DNA of 64,000 bases, from assembly GCA_018712545.1 (NCBI GenBank), contig DVGV01000036.1, positions 26,404 to 90,403 on the forward strand, given 5' to 3'. Positions 18,398-28,700 of this stretch are shown here, piece after piece. The position numbers and the translations under genes were made by a program. The stretch's first letter is position 1. The number at the start of each line of letters is the position of its first letter. Source of the stretch: Candidatus Coprenecus merdigallinarum. GTDB taxonomy: Bacteria > Bacteroidota > Bacteroidia > Bacteroidales > UBA932. Below the pieces are notes generated by a model, which worked only from the letters and a program-made list of their open reading frames with translations, was not told where the DNA came from and ran no database searches.

Positions 18398-19687
18398 CTA
18401 ATTAAATCCCCCGACAAAATCCAGCGCCTCTATGCTGAAGCTGAAAGGCACGGTACTGCCGGTCCATGAGTTCCCTCCGTCCTCCGTATAGAGGATATTG
18501 CCCGAAGCTCCGCTCACAGACTTCACAGACAGGACACCACGTCTGGAATCGCGGAGAAATGAGACGGACGAAAGGGTTCCGCCAGGATAGGAGTCAAAAG
18601 CCGGAGTCAGCCGGCTGACTGTTCCGAAACCGTCTGACGATATGTACAGCAGTCCGTCCGCACCGCAGACCCGCACGACCTCTTCCCCGTACACATCTAT
18701 GGAGACGAGGTCCGCAGCTGATTCCAGCACACGCGTCCATGACCGGCCGCCGTCCTCGGAGCGGACTGTTCCCATGGCCCCTGTCCCGGCCATATACAGG
18801 ACTCCGGAGGGCGTTACGGATATGTCCTCCGGCCGCTGCCCTGAATACTCCATGGCCATGCTGACCGTATTCCATGTCAATCCGCCGTCAGCTGAATATT
18901 CCAGTACTGCACTTCCGTCCGTCCCCGTACCGCAGCACCAGATATTCTGACCGTCGTTTGTAGTGACAGAGGAAAATCTCACGGCAGTCTCCGACGTACG
19001 GCACACGCTCCACGTACTGCCTGAGTTGTCCGTCCGGAGAATCAGGCAGGTGTCGGCAGCAGCAGCCCACGCACTTACCCCGTCCAGGGAGATCACTGCG
19101 GACAGGTTTACCGGTTCGGTCCCGCTTAGCGACACTCCCTGGTTGGTCCAGTTCTGCCCTCCGTCATCCGTACGCAGGATAACGGTTCTCCGGTGGAATG
19201 TGTCCACGTCCCCTACAACCCAGCAGCTCCTGTCACTCACGGCGCAGACATCCCGGAGCGTGACATCCGGGACCATTACCGTATTGCCCTGACGGGTCCA
19301 CGACCTCCCGGCATCAGAGGTATAAAGGATGGTACCGTAACCGCTGTCTCCGGCACCCACTGCCCAGCCTGAGGTATATATGTCCAGTGCGACATCGCAC
19401 GTTCCGGTCTGTCCGTGGGGGATGTTCACCTGCCGTACGGTTCCGCGGTATCCGTCGAGCATGAAGCTGATGCCCTGAAGTCCTTCAGGAATGGCCTCGT
19501 AGAGATAGGCTCCCGCCCCGTCGGTATAGACTGCGGAATCTCCGTACACGACTGCGACGGACTCCAGGGGAAGGCCGTCCATGTCGGTCACCACGCCCTG
19601 CAGCGAGCCTATGCCGCCCTCAGGCATCTTGCATGAGAATGTAAGGACAAGTATCAGAAATGCTGTAACAATATCAGTACTTTTCAT
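18398..19687 (-). CDS. Asp-box (BNR) beta-propeller lipoprotein, Ycf48/sortilin-like, with an N-terminal CarboxypepD_reg-like domain
   Basis: Lipobox LTFSC. Six SxDxGxxW repeats (SDAGRSWT, TDDGGQNWT, TDNSGSTWS, SADGGLTWN, SEDGGRSWT, TEDGGNSWT). Start at ATG 19687 (MKSTDIV..), because the longer ORF overlaps the MFS gene. Confidence 0.75.
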   Translation of the reverse strand: MKSTDIVTAFLILVLTFSCKMPEGGIGSLQGVVTDMDGLPLESVAVVYGDSAVYTDGAGAYLYEAIPEGLQGISFMLDGYRGTVRQVNIPHGQTGTCDVALDIYTSGWAVGAGDSGYGTILYTSDAGRSWTRQGNTVMVPDVTLRDVCAVSDRSCWVVGDVDTFHRRTVILRTDDGGQNWTNQGVSLSGTEPVNLSAVISLDGVSAWAAAADTCLILRTDNSGSTWSVCRTSETAVRFSSVTTNDGQNIWCCGTGTDGSAVLEYSADGGLTWNTVSMAMEYSGQRPEDISVTPSGVLYMAGTGAMGTVRSEDGGRSWTRVLESAADLVSIDVYGEEVVRVCGADGLLYISSDGFGTVSRLTPAFDSYPGGTLSSVSFLRDSRRGVLSVKSVSGASGNILYTEDGGNSWTGSTVPFSFSIEALDFVGGFN

Positions 19688-19716
19688 CTTTCTCGAAGTT
19701 TCAGGAAGGCTTATCG

Positions 19717-21027
19717 TCATATCTCTTTGGGACGCTGGTATTTGTAGCGGAAGAGGATGGCGAAAAGGATGGCGACAATGAGAGCATAGGCCGCGAACAG
19801 CCACCATGCGTGGCTCCAGCCGGCGACAACGGCATGCCAGTCTATGACCCCGTCGGCTCCCGGCACACGGTGCGAGTTGACCAGGGCATTGACCACAGCC
19901 TGGGCTCCGATGGTGCCGGCAGCCGCTCCGATGCCGTTGGTCATCAGCATGAACAGCCCCTGAGCGCTTGAGCGTATCGACTTGTCGGTGGTCTCGTTGA
20001 CGAAGAGCGAGCCGGAGATATTGAAGAAATCGAAGGCCACTCCGTAGACTATCATCGACAGGATGATGAGCCACACCCCGCTGCCGGGATTGCCCACGGC
20101 GAAGAATCCGAAACGGAGCACCCAGGCCAGCATCGCTATGAGCATCACGTTCTTGATGCCGTATCTCTTCAGAAAGAAAGGTATCAGCAGGATACACAGG
20201 GTCTCGGAAATCTGGGAGAGGGATATCAGCATGTTGGAGTGCTCCACTCCGAATGTACCCTGGTACTCGGCCAGATTGCCGAAGTCGGCCAGGAAAGGAT
20301 TGGCGAAGCCGTTGGTAATCTGCAGCGCCACTCCCAGGAGCATCGAGAAGATGAAGAAAACAGCCATCTTCCTCTGCTTGAAAAGGGTAAAGGCCCTCAG
20401 TCCCATGGCGTCCACCAGGGACTTCTTCTCAGACGAACGGTTCACAGGACACTCGGGCAGGGTCAGGGTATAGAGAGCCAGCAGGATACTGAGTGCACCC
20501 GAAACCACATATTGCATCGAGGTCTCCTGCATGGCAGCGCCGCGGAAATGCACCAGATCCACGAACCACATCGAGCAGATAAAGCCCACTGTACCCCATA
20601 CCCTGATCGGCGGGAAATCCTTGACCGGATCCTTCCCGGCCTTCTCGAGGATGGTGTAGGCCACCGAGTTGGAGATAGCGATAGTAGGCATGAAGAAAGC
20701 TATGCTCACGGCATACAGCCCGAAGAGGGTGCCGTACTGCACCGCCTCGCCGGCAGAGACCCCGTAGATACCCGCACCTATCATGGCAGCCCCTGCCACC
20801 AGATGGCAGATACCCAGCAGTCTCTGCGCCGGAATCCATTTGTCGGCGATAATACCCATGACAGCGGGCATGAAAATCGACACGATGCCCTGGATGGCGT
20901 AGAACATGCCGATTTTCTCCCCGAACCCCACACCGGCCAGATATCTTCCCTGGCTTGTCAGATAAGCTCCCCAGACAGCAAACTCTAAGAAACTCAGTAA
21001 TATTAGTCTCAGCTTATATCCTTTCAT
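19717..21027 (-). CDS. MFS transporter, nucleoside:H+ symporter (NupG/XapB)-like
   Basis: 436 aa with 12 predicted TM segments. The N-terminus MKGYKLRLILLSFLEFAVWGAYLTS resembles the NupG-family permeases of Bacteroidota. Confidence 0.7.
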   Translation of the reverse strand: MKGYKLRLILLSFLEFAVWGAYLTSQGRYLAGVGFGEKIGMFYAIQGIVSIFMPAVMGIIADKWIPAQRLLGICHLVAGAAMIGAGIYGVSAGEAVQYGTLFGLYAVSIAFFMPTIAISNSVAYTILEKAGKDPVKDFPPIRVWGTVGFICSMWFVDLVHFRGAAMQETSMQYVVSGALSILLALYTLTLPECPVNRSSEKKSLVDAMGLRAFTLFKQRKMAVFFIFSMLLGVALQITNGFANPFLADFGNLAEYQGTFGVEHSNMLISLSQISETLCILLIPFFLKRYGIKNVMLIAMLAWVLRFGFFAVGNPGSGVWLIILSMIVYGVAFDFFNISGSLFVNETTDKSIRSSAQGLFMLMTNGIGAAAGTIGAQAVVNALVNSHRVPGADGVIDWHAVVAGWSHAWWLFAAYALIVAILFAILFRYKYQRPKEI

Positions 21028-21033
21028 ACTCCG

Positions 21034-23226
21034 CTATTTCTCAATACTCAGACCGTGAAGCACAGCTGTATATCCGTCATTGGAATCCGTCATAACCACC
21101 CGGACCTGAGTCACCGGTCCGCACGGCTCGAAACTAAGGGTACCGTGATACAGCTCACCGGCATTGACAGTCTGTCCGTCTGCCGTGACATACTCCACGT
21201 ATGCATCAGTCACATAGAACATCCCGGAAGAAGGAGCTCCGCTGGTGACAGTGATGCGGCTGCATTCCACGGGAGCCGTCATGGTGTAGGTCAGCACATC
21301 TCCCTCCTGCAGCACCCGCTGCGAGTATCCGACTCCGCCGCGGCGGGCCAGGGCCTTGAGATTGTTCTCGGACAGGGGAAAATTGCTCTCAACGGTCATC
21401 TCCGGCTCAATATAGTGATAAAGGTCGATATTGGAGGCACCCACGGCTATGCTGCTGAGCCCGTCCCCGAAAAATGTCGCAAAGCGGAACGCCTCGGGAC
21501 TGTCGGTGACAATAGCTCCGCGGCATACCGGTGAGGAAGCGACGGGGGCACTGCCGTCCATCGTATAGCGGACTACCGCCGAAGGATGGGGAGGCCGCAC
21601 CTGAAGCTCCTGACCGTCGAATGTCACCTCGGGCGGTGCCACCCTGAATGCGATGCCCATATTGTACAGACGGGAGAAATGCTCCGCGTAGAGCCGCTGC
21701 TCGAAGTTCCCGAAGTTCCGGGCGTCCTTGCTGCTCCAGCCCACCTCGGCGAGAGCGCACAGACGGGGGAAGAGCTGGTATTCCATCAGCCTCGGCGGCC
21801 ATGCCAGCAGCTCAGCCCACAGACCGGCCTGCACTCCCACGATCAGGGCGCTGTCAGCCGGAGCTCCCACTAAGATTTCATCCGGTTCCAGCGAGTAGGT
21901 CTTCGACAGGGGCACGATACCGGCCCAGCTGTGGCCTCTCTCGGCAGGAGACTGCTTCATGTCGAGGTAGCAGTACTCGCCTATCTGGACGACAGTCCTG
22001 TATCCTTTGTCCACAGACATACGTCCGCTCTTCACGCTCCTCCAGGCATATACCATGGAAGAACTGTCATAACGGGCATCGGAGATGACTATCTCGTCCC
22101 ATCCGGCCATCTTCTTGCCGAGCTTGTGGATGATGTCCTCGACCTCGTATACGAACCAGCTGTGAAGCTCCTGAGGGCCGTCCAGACCATACTCCTTAAT
22201 CAGAGCCTGACAGTGAGGACAGTTGTTCCAGGAGGTGTGATCCACCTCATCGCCTCCGATGTGGATGTACTCCGAGGGGAAAAGCGCTGCTATCTCCTTG
22301 AATATGTTAGTAAGAATCTTGTAGTTCTCCATTCTGGCCACACAGAGGACGTTGTCAGTCTCTCCGTTGACGCTGATATAGGGCACGTCCACAGGGCAGG
22401 CCATCTCCGGAAAGACGCCCACCAAGGAGCGGCTGTGTCCGGGCAGGTCTATCTCCGGGATGATCTCGATATGGCGCTCGGCAGCGTATTTCACGACCTC
22501 GCGTATCTCCTTCTGAGTATAATATCCGCCGTAGCGGTCATGCCCCTGACCGTAGGCGGCCGGACTCACCTCATCATCGCCCCTCCATGCGCCCTTCTCT
22601 GTCAGCTGCGGATACTTGCGGATCTCGATCCTCCAGCCGTTGTCATCGGCCAGATGCCAGTGGAAACGGTTGAGCTTATGGTAGGCCATCCAGTCTATGA
22701 GACGGAGCACATGGTCCACATCGTAGAATGTTCTGGACACATCCAGCATCGTACCGCGATAACCGTACCGGGGAGCATCTTCCACGACCACGGCGTCCAG
22801 TTCATAGCGGGTCAGTTCCATATCCGTCTGTCCGTAAACTGCCGGAGGCATCATCTGCAGGAGTGTCTGTACGCCATAAAAGATACCGGCGGCGTCAGAT
22901 GCCTCGATGACGATCTGTGAGCTGCTGACGGACAAGCGGTAAGCCTCGGCGGCCATGCCGTCCACTATGTTCAGGGATATTCCGTTGTACACCGGAACGT
23001 CCCTCAGGTCAATATCAAATGCAAATACATTCTCCAAATGCCTCAGGAGATAGGCCTGCTCGGACTCTATAGCGTCCGAAGCACTGATTGAGAGCCCCTT
23101 CTCCATCACAAAGACACCTTCTGCAGGGGTTATTTTCAGAGGCTGAGGTACAAGATTGCTGTAAGTCCGGGCCAGCAGGACCGGGGCTGCGGCTATAGCC
23201 AGCATGGCGAGGAATATTTTCTTCAT
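21034..23226 (-). CDS. GH20 beta-N-acetylhexosaminidase
   Basis: HWHLADDNGWRIEI and IHIGGDEV (catalytic D-E) motifs. Signal peptide from the ATG at 23226. Confidence 0.9.
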   Translation of the reverse strand: MKKIFLAMLAIAAAPVLLARTYSNLVPQPLKITPAEGVFVMEKGLSISASDAIESEQAYLLRHLENVFAFDIDLRDVPVYNGISLNIVDGMAAEAYRLSVSSSQIVIEASDAAGIFYGVQTLLQMMPPAVYGQTDMELTRYELDAVVVEDAPRYGYRGTMLDVSRTFYDVDHVLRLIDWMAYHKLNRFHWHLADDNGWRIEIRKYPQLTEKGAWRGDDEVSPAAYGQGHDRYGGYYTQKEIREVVKYAAERHIEIIPEIDLPGHSRSLVGVFPEMACPVDVPYISVNGETDNVLCVARMENYKILTNIFKEIAALFPSEYIHIGGDEVDHTSWNNCPHCQALIKEYGLDGPQELHSWFVYEVEDIIHKLGKKMAGWDEIVISDARYDSSSMVYAWRSVKSGRMSVDKGYRTVVQIGEYCYLDMKQSPAERGHSWAGIVPLSKTYSLEPDEILVGAPADSALIVGVQAGLWAELLAWPPRLMEYQLFPRLCALAEVGWSSKDARNFGNFEQRLYAEHFSRLYNMGIAFRVAPPEVTFDGQELQVRPPHPSAVVRYTMDGSAPVASSPVCRGAIVTDSPEAFRFATFFGDGLSSIAVGASNIDLYHYIEPEMTVESNFPLSENNLKALARRGGVGYSQRVLQEGDVLTYTMTAPVECSRITVTSGAPSSGMFYVTDAYVEYVTADGQTVNAGELYHGTLSFEPCGPVTQVRVVMTDSNDGYTAVLHGLSIEK

Positions 23227-23239
23227 AAGTCGACGGGAG

Positions 23240-25738
23240 TTACATGATTTCAAATATGTCTGCATGTCCCTCTATGCTGACTCTCACGGTGCGTCCGTCA
23301 AGCTCAAGAGCACAGTAGGGATTATCGGTAACAGTCTCGGAGAGGACAGTTCCGTCAGCGGCATACTGTCGGATGAGGAGGGTGCCGTGAGGGTCCATCA
23401 GAAGCGTGCGGCTGTCGCGGCGGTCTTCCCCGGAAGGAATCTCAAAGGACAGGACGCCGTCAAGGGCATAGAAGGAACGGGGATTGCGGTCAAACGCATA
23501 AACGGCCTTGGTCATATCCGGAGCTTCCACCCCGAAACCGAGGGACTCCGTCCTCTGAGGATTGACACTGAAGGTACGGACAGCACACCAGTTGGTCTTG
23601 TCCGACTCGAGCTTGCGCAGACGGACGTAGCGGGCATCGATGCCGCGTCCCTCCCAGTTGATGATGTACTGGTGGTCAATGGTGTCTATTACAGGATACC
23701 AGAGATTGCCGTCCTTGGAGGCCTCGAGTGTGGCCATGTCGAAATAGTCCACGTCATCCACCGAATTGCGGCCCTGCAGGATATTGATCTCCCGAAGACC
23801 GCGGACTATGCCGAGGTCCACTCCTATCCAGTCCCCCGTCCTCTGACCGTAGGCCGAGGTATAGAAAGTGGTGGAGTCATCGTCGAACATCAGCTTGCCG
23901 CTGACAGTTCCGGAATTGGGATAAGAGCCTATGGAAGTATAGGAGAAGGGGCCGCGGCCGGCTATACGGCGGTAGAAGCCGTCGAGCATGTCGTCCATGG
24001 CATTCTCGTAGAAGGGCTGGAGCTTGAGAGTACCTGACTTGTGGGCCTCGTACGCATCGCGTTCCTCCTCACTCATGAGATTGTCCACATAGGCGCTCCA
24101 GAAGGCAGCATTGTCTCCCCCGCGGTATACATTGATCAGCTCAAGGGCCTTGCGTCCCCTGGTGCCCAACTTCCCGAACTCCTCTAACCAGGGATGGAGC
24201 TCGCGCATAAGGGCGTCATTGTCACATTTGAGGGACATCTCCTCATAGACCCGCTCTATCTTTCCGAACTCCTCTAAAAGAGCGTCGTACTGAGCCTCTG
24301 TCCAGTCTCCTTCCACACGGAAGGTCTCTGTCTCCCAGGATTCCTCACGGCGGTAGCCCGACTCGGTGTCGCAGGAGTGAATGGCAAATGTACGGTAGGC
24401 GCTGTACGCATCATCGCCTGCCAGCCAGGCAAGTCCTCTCTCCCAGTTGGCCTTGGGGTCGTATTCCTTGATATTCCAGGTATAGTCGGCCACGCCGTAG
24501 AGGGCCAGCTTGGAGGCCTCAGCATGCTCCATGGGATTGCTTACAAATCCGCACACATCATTGGATGTCAACCCATTGTCTAAGCCGTAGACCGGTCCCT
24601 GCATCACGATGTGACGGCAGTAGTCAGTCACGGGGAAGTTCCACCAGTAAAGGGCAGGGCGCTGAATCCTCTCTCCCACCCATTTCAGGGTCGAGGGAGT
24701 CATGTCGCTGCATACGGCGTCTCCCGTCCAGAACACTCTCACCGAAGGATCGAGTTCCCGGCCGTAGACCGCCAGACTGCCGCGCTCGGTGGGATTGGCC
24801 CAGGAGCGGTTGTAGTCGGTGGGGCAGATGATCAGCGGGGCCACGTCGCCCTTGGCCGCAACGAACTCGGCTGTCAGACGGTTGAGCAGCTCCACCTGCT
24901 TCATGGGATTGGTACCCTCTCCGGAAATGTCGTCGAAGAAGATGGCGAAGGCCCGGACTCCCAAGTCGTACATCATCTCGAACTTGGCGACTAAATTGCC
25001 ATAGTCTTCCTCGTTCCACTTGATGTCCTGACCGGGATGCACAGCCCACACGAAGTCCACGCGGTTGCGCTCACAGGCCCTGACTAACTCGGCAATGTTG
25101 CGGGCCTCGTCCTCGGGATAGGGCTTGCGCCAGTTAGGAGAGCTGTGATAGGGGTCGTCCTTGGGACCATAAATATAGGTGTTCATCTTGAAGCGGCCGT
25201 AGACATCTATCAGGGACAGACGGGCCTGATGGGACCAGGGGGTACCGTAGAAGCCCTCCACCACCCCGCGGGCGGGCAGGTCGGGCCAGTCGTTGATCTC
25301 AAGACCGCAGGGCAGGTTCCTCTCTCCTGTCAGCCCCACTATCTGGCGGAGAGTCTGGAGGCCGTAGAAGGCTCCTCGCTCATCGTATCCTAAGATAGAG
25401 ACACCGTCCTCAGAGACAGTGAGCAGATAGGCTCCGGAGAGAGGCTTCACTCCGGCCTTCATGGCCTTCTTGGGGTGGAAGTCCACCGTCAGGCGGACAT
25501 CTTTTTTATCTCCCTTGTTCAGGAAGTTCACGTCACTGCCGAACAGTCCGTGCCTGTCCACCACATATACACCGCCCGATATATCCAGCACCGGGCCCTC
25601 CGGAGCTATCTCCACCACATGCGGGACAGGGTTGATCTGACGGTACAGGGCCGTCTGTCTTACAGAGTCACTGCCCCACACGGGAGCGGTCAGGATTGCT
25701 GCTGCCACGACGAGTGACAGTCTTCGGAATTTTGTCAT
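23240..25738 (-). CDS. GH84 O-GlcNAcase-like beta-N-acetylglucosaminidase with a C-terminal discoidin (F5/8 type C)-like domain
   Basis: GVVEGFYGTPWSHQARLSLIDVYGRFKMNTYIYGPKDDPYH and AIFFDDISGEG (catalytic DD) motifs; signal peptide. Confidence 0.9.
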   Translation of the reverse strand: MTKFRRLSLVVAAAILTAPVWGSDSVRQTALYRQINPVPHVVEIAPEGPVLDISGGVYVVDRHGLFGSDVNFLNKGDKKDVRLTVDFHPKKAMKAGVKPLSGAYLLTVSEDGVSILGYDERGAFYGLQTLRQIVGLTGERNLPCGLEINDWPDLPARGVVEGFYGTPWSHQARLSLIDVYGRFKMNTYIYGPKDDPYHSSPNWRKPYPEDEARNIAELVRACERNRVDFVWAVHPGQDIKWNEEDYGNLVAKFEMMYDLGVRAFAIFFDDISGEGTNPMKQVELLNRLTAEFVAAKGDVAPLIICPTDYNRSWANPTERGSLAVYGRELDPSVRVFWTGDAVCSDMTPSTLKWVGERIQRPALYWWNFPVTDYCRHIVMQGPVYGLDNGLTSNDVCGFVSNPMEHAEASKLALYGVADYTWNIKEYDPKANWERGLAWLAGDDAYSAYRTFAIHSCDTESGYRREESWETETFRVEGDWTEAQYDALLEEFGKIERVYEEMSLKCDNDALMRELHPWLEEFGKLGTRGRKALELINVYRGGDNAAFWSAYVDNLMSEEERDAYEAHKSGTLKLQPFYENAMDDMLDGFYRRIAGRGPFSYTSIGSYPNSGTVSGKLMFDDDSTTFYTSAYGQRTGDWIGVDLGIVRGLREINILQGRNSVDDVDYFDMATLEASKDGNLWYPVIDTIDHQYIINWEGRGIDARYVRLRKLESDKTNWCAVRTFSVNPQRTESLGFGVEAPDMTKAVYAFDRNPRSFYALDGVLSFEIPSGEDRRDSRTLLMDPHGTLLIRQYAADGTVLSETVTDNPYCALELDGRTVRVSIEGHADIFEIM

Positions 25739-25762
25739 ATAGTTCGATTTTGTATTTGTTTT

Positions 25763-28700
25763 CTACTTTTTCACTTCGACATACTCATATTCGAGAGCCG
25801 GACTGACCACTACGGCATCCACTGCCTCAGGGATATCCGCACCGCCGCGCAGCACCTTGAAGCTTACGCGGAACAACAGGCCGTCTCCGGATACGAGAGA
25901 CTTCCCGCCCAAGTTGACAAAGGTCGGATAGACCGCCTTCGTACCGTCAGTGTGCAGACGGTCGCGGGTAAGGTTCTCCATCTGCTGCAGGCCGGAGGCC
26001 TCCACACCGGCAAATTCCAATGCCGAGGCATCGTAGGGGAGGGCTACGCTCAGGGCATTGACCGTCTTGAGCGAATCTCCGTAGAATGACAGGGTCAGGG
26101 TATCGCCGGCTTTAAGAGGCTTGTCCTGCACCTCGACACGCAGACCGCCGCAGAGAGTGTCACCGGCGCTCTTATGGTACTCGCGCATCCAGTACTCGGT
26201 GTTGATTCCGCCGTCGAGACGCACTGCCACTGCTGAGATGTCGTAGGCGTCTATGAGGCCGTTGCCGTCTATATCACCGTCCGACACATAGTCGAAATCG
26301 CTGTCAGAGCTGCGCAGACCGGTGTAGTTCATGTAGGAGGTCAGGTCGTTCTCGTCCACCTTGCCGTCCTTGTTGATGTCGCCGGGGATGACAGTCTCCG
26401 TTCCGGGCACCTTGAAGACGTAGATCTCGCGGCCCGAGCCGTAGTTGTTCACCGCGTCGGATACAGCTATACGGATGTAGCGGGCTCTCGGGCCTCCGCC
26501 GAAGGTGAAGACCTTGGTCTGGCCGTCACGCTCCCACTCGAAGGCTCCGGCGGGAGTCCAGTCCTTGCCGTTCACGCTGTAGAAGACCTCACCCTTGAGC
26601 AGGACACCGTTGCCGGCATCTAAGCGGGGCAGGTACTCGAAGCGGTCGATATTGTTGATGCCCTGGAGATCGAGGGTAAGCTCGAAGGGCAGGGCCTTGG
26701 CCTGATACTTCGTATGCCAGGTGTCACCGCTCTCGGCCCAGTCGAAGAGCCTCCACACCTCGAAGCCCTCCTGAGAGGGGAAGGAGCAGGATCCTACGAT
26801 ACCGCGGATGGCCCATTCTAAAGGATTGCCCTCGGTGGTGCAGCTGTAGTCGGTCCAGTCCGAGGCCCCGGTCAGGTTGACTGCCCTCAGACGGAAGCTG
26901 TAGTCAGTCTCGGGCTGCAGGTCCGCGAATGTCAGGTAAGTGTTCCGGATGCCGGTATGCAGCAGGCCGTCGAACTCTATCTCATAGTAGTCGGCCAGCT
27001 CCTGAGGCTCCCACGCGAGGGTGGCGGCGTAAGGTTCCACCGTACTCTTGTCCGCCAGGATTACAGGCGCCGTCAGCTCTCCGCTGCAGATGCGGCTGTC
27101 GTCTGCCGGTGCATACTCATAGCCGTCGATGATGAGCACTACATCGTTCTGAGTGATGTCGCAGGCGGGGATGGAGACGGTCAGCACAGGATTTTTCCTC
27201 AGGTCCATCTTCTCGAACTCACTGCCGGGAGTGGCGAAGCGGTTGAGCTGAGGTGCCGCGTCATAGCTGTACTCCGCATTGACCTTCTTTCCCCCTACCT
27301 TCACGGTAACTTTCCTGGGCTCGGCCGTAATATTGACCCTCACCTGAGTGCTCTGATCCTTGACGAAGCCGTCGAAGCTGCCCTCGGCCGGATGAATGGT
27401 GAGAATGTACCTGCCGCCGGACAGAGAGGCGTCGATCCTAGTGGTAACGCTCTCTCCCGCTAGATAGCTCATCGTCCTGCCGTCATCGTCATACACATGG
27501 GTATGGTACTCGCCCTCTGCGGGCCAGCACTCGAAGATACGCTCGGAGGGATTGATCTGCGAGGGATTGTTGTTGGGACGTACCATCGGGATGACAGCGC
27601 CCTGACGCACGAACACGGGAAGCTTCCACAGCGGTGCGGGGAAATTCTCCATGACGCGTCCTCCTTCATAGACCGCTCCGGTAAAATAATCCACCCACCT
27701 TCCCTCGGGGAGGTAGATGCCGTCGCGGATGTCATTGCCGAGAGTATCGGCCTGGGTATCCTGATAGACGGGAGCTACGAGGAAATCGGGACCGAAGAGG
27801 TACTGGTAGCGGGTCGCGGGGGTATAGGTGTAGTCGTTGGGATAATCTATGAACATGGCCCTCATCAGGGGTTTGCCGTCCACTGCTTCGCGGGACCAGG
27901 TATAGGCGTAGGGCAGCAGCTCGGACTTGAGCTTGAGGTACATACGGTTGATGGAGGTCGCGGGTTCACCGAGGGCATGGGGATATTTCTCGTTGGAGCC
28001 CCAGCCGTCCATGTTGAGCTGCATGATGGAGAAGGTCTTCCACTGGAAGTCACGGGTGTTGATCACCGCATCGGCTCCGCCGAAGATACCGTCCATGTCG
28101 GAGCAGATGTTGGGCTGACCGGCCAGACCCGAGCCGATGTAGGTCGGGATATGGAAGCGGATGTACTCCCAGTCGCCGCCGGTCTGGTCGCCCGACCACA
28201 CTCCAGCATAGCGCTGGGTACCGGCCCAGCCGTCGAGGGTGATGATGAAGGGACGGGCGTCATCACCGTAGTAGGGCATGATGCCGGCCACATCGGCTAT
28301 ACCGTTGAGACCGAAGGAGTAGCCCCAGCCGACCCAGGCCACGTCTGTCTTGAGCACGCGGACTCCGGCGTCACGGACCTCCTTGACGATATCCCTCTGC
28401 AGCAGGGCCTCGATACCCTCCTTGGGATGCAGGTCGGACTGGGTCCAGAGGCCTATCTCGACGCCCTTCGAGCGGGCATAGTCACCGAACGATTTCAGGT
28501 TCAGGATATTGCTGTCGAGCGTGGAAGTCTGGCCGTAACCGGCGCCGTAACCGTCGTTGGGCAGAATCCATCCCAGGGGCATGTCGTGAGCCTCGTAGCG
28601 GTCCACCACGGCGCGGGCCGAGAACTGGTAGTTGTCCTTCTCGCCGTTGAGCGACTCCCTGATGCCGCCGTTGTCCTTCTGACTTTCCTTATACCGCTTG

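Noticed and set aside
18351-18404. Plus-strand mini-ORFs starting inside the repeated element: ATG AAA AAA CTA TCG.. gives MKKLSPYSHTNSVPNSN* (17 aa) at copy A, and a 57-aa ORF from 31364 at copy B.
   Set aside because: The differences between the two copies are not enriched at third codon positions, and the ORF lengths are unrelated (17 vs 57 aa). The conserved nucleotides coincide exactly with the specified positions of the sigma-54 -24/-12 consensus on the other strand. The ORFs also start directly after a terminator with no promoter box. I keep this as the main alternative hypothesis to the sRNA model.
18398-20197. A 599-aa version of the BNR ORF, and similar N-terminally extended ORFs: 17516..18241, 38433..39338, 34391..35116, 31420..32427 and 47307..48938.
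   Set aside because: The extensions overlap the upstream gene or consist of Arg/His-rich nonsense. An internal ATG gives a canonical N-terminus or signal peptide right after the upstream stop.
25766-26000. The C-terminus of GH31 as a type IX secretion (T9SS) sorting domain.
   Set aside because: The tail is preceded by clear dockerin-type Ca loops and is about 147 aa long, longer than the roughly 80-aa CTD. I do not see the usual conserved CTD motifs. This cannot be excluded without an HMM search.
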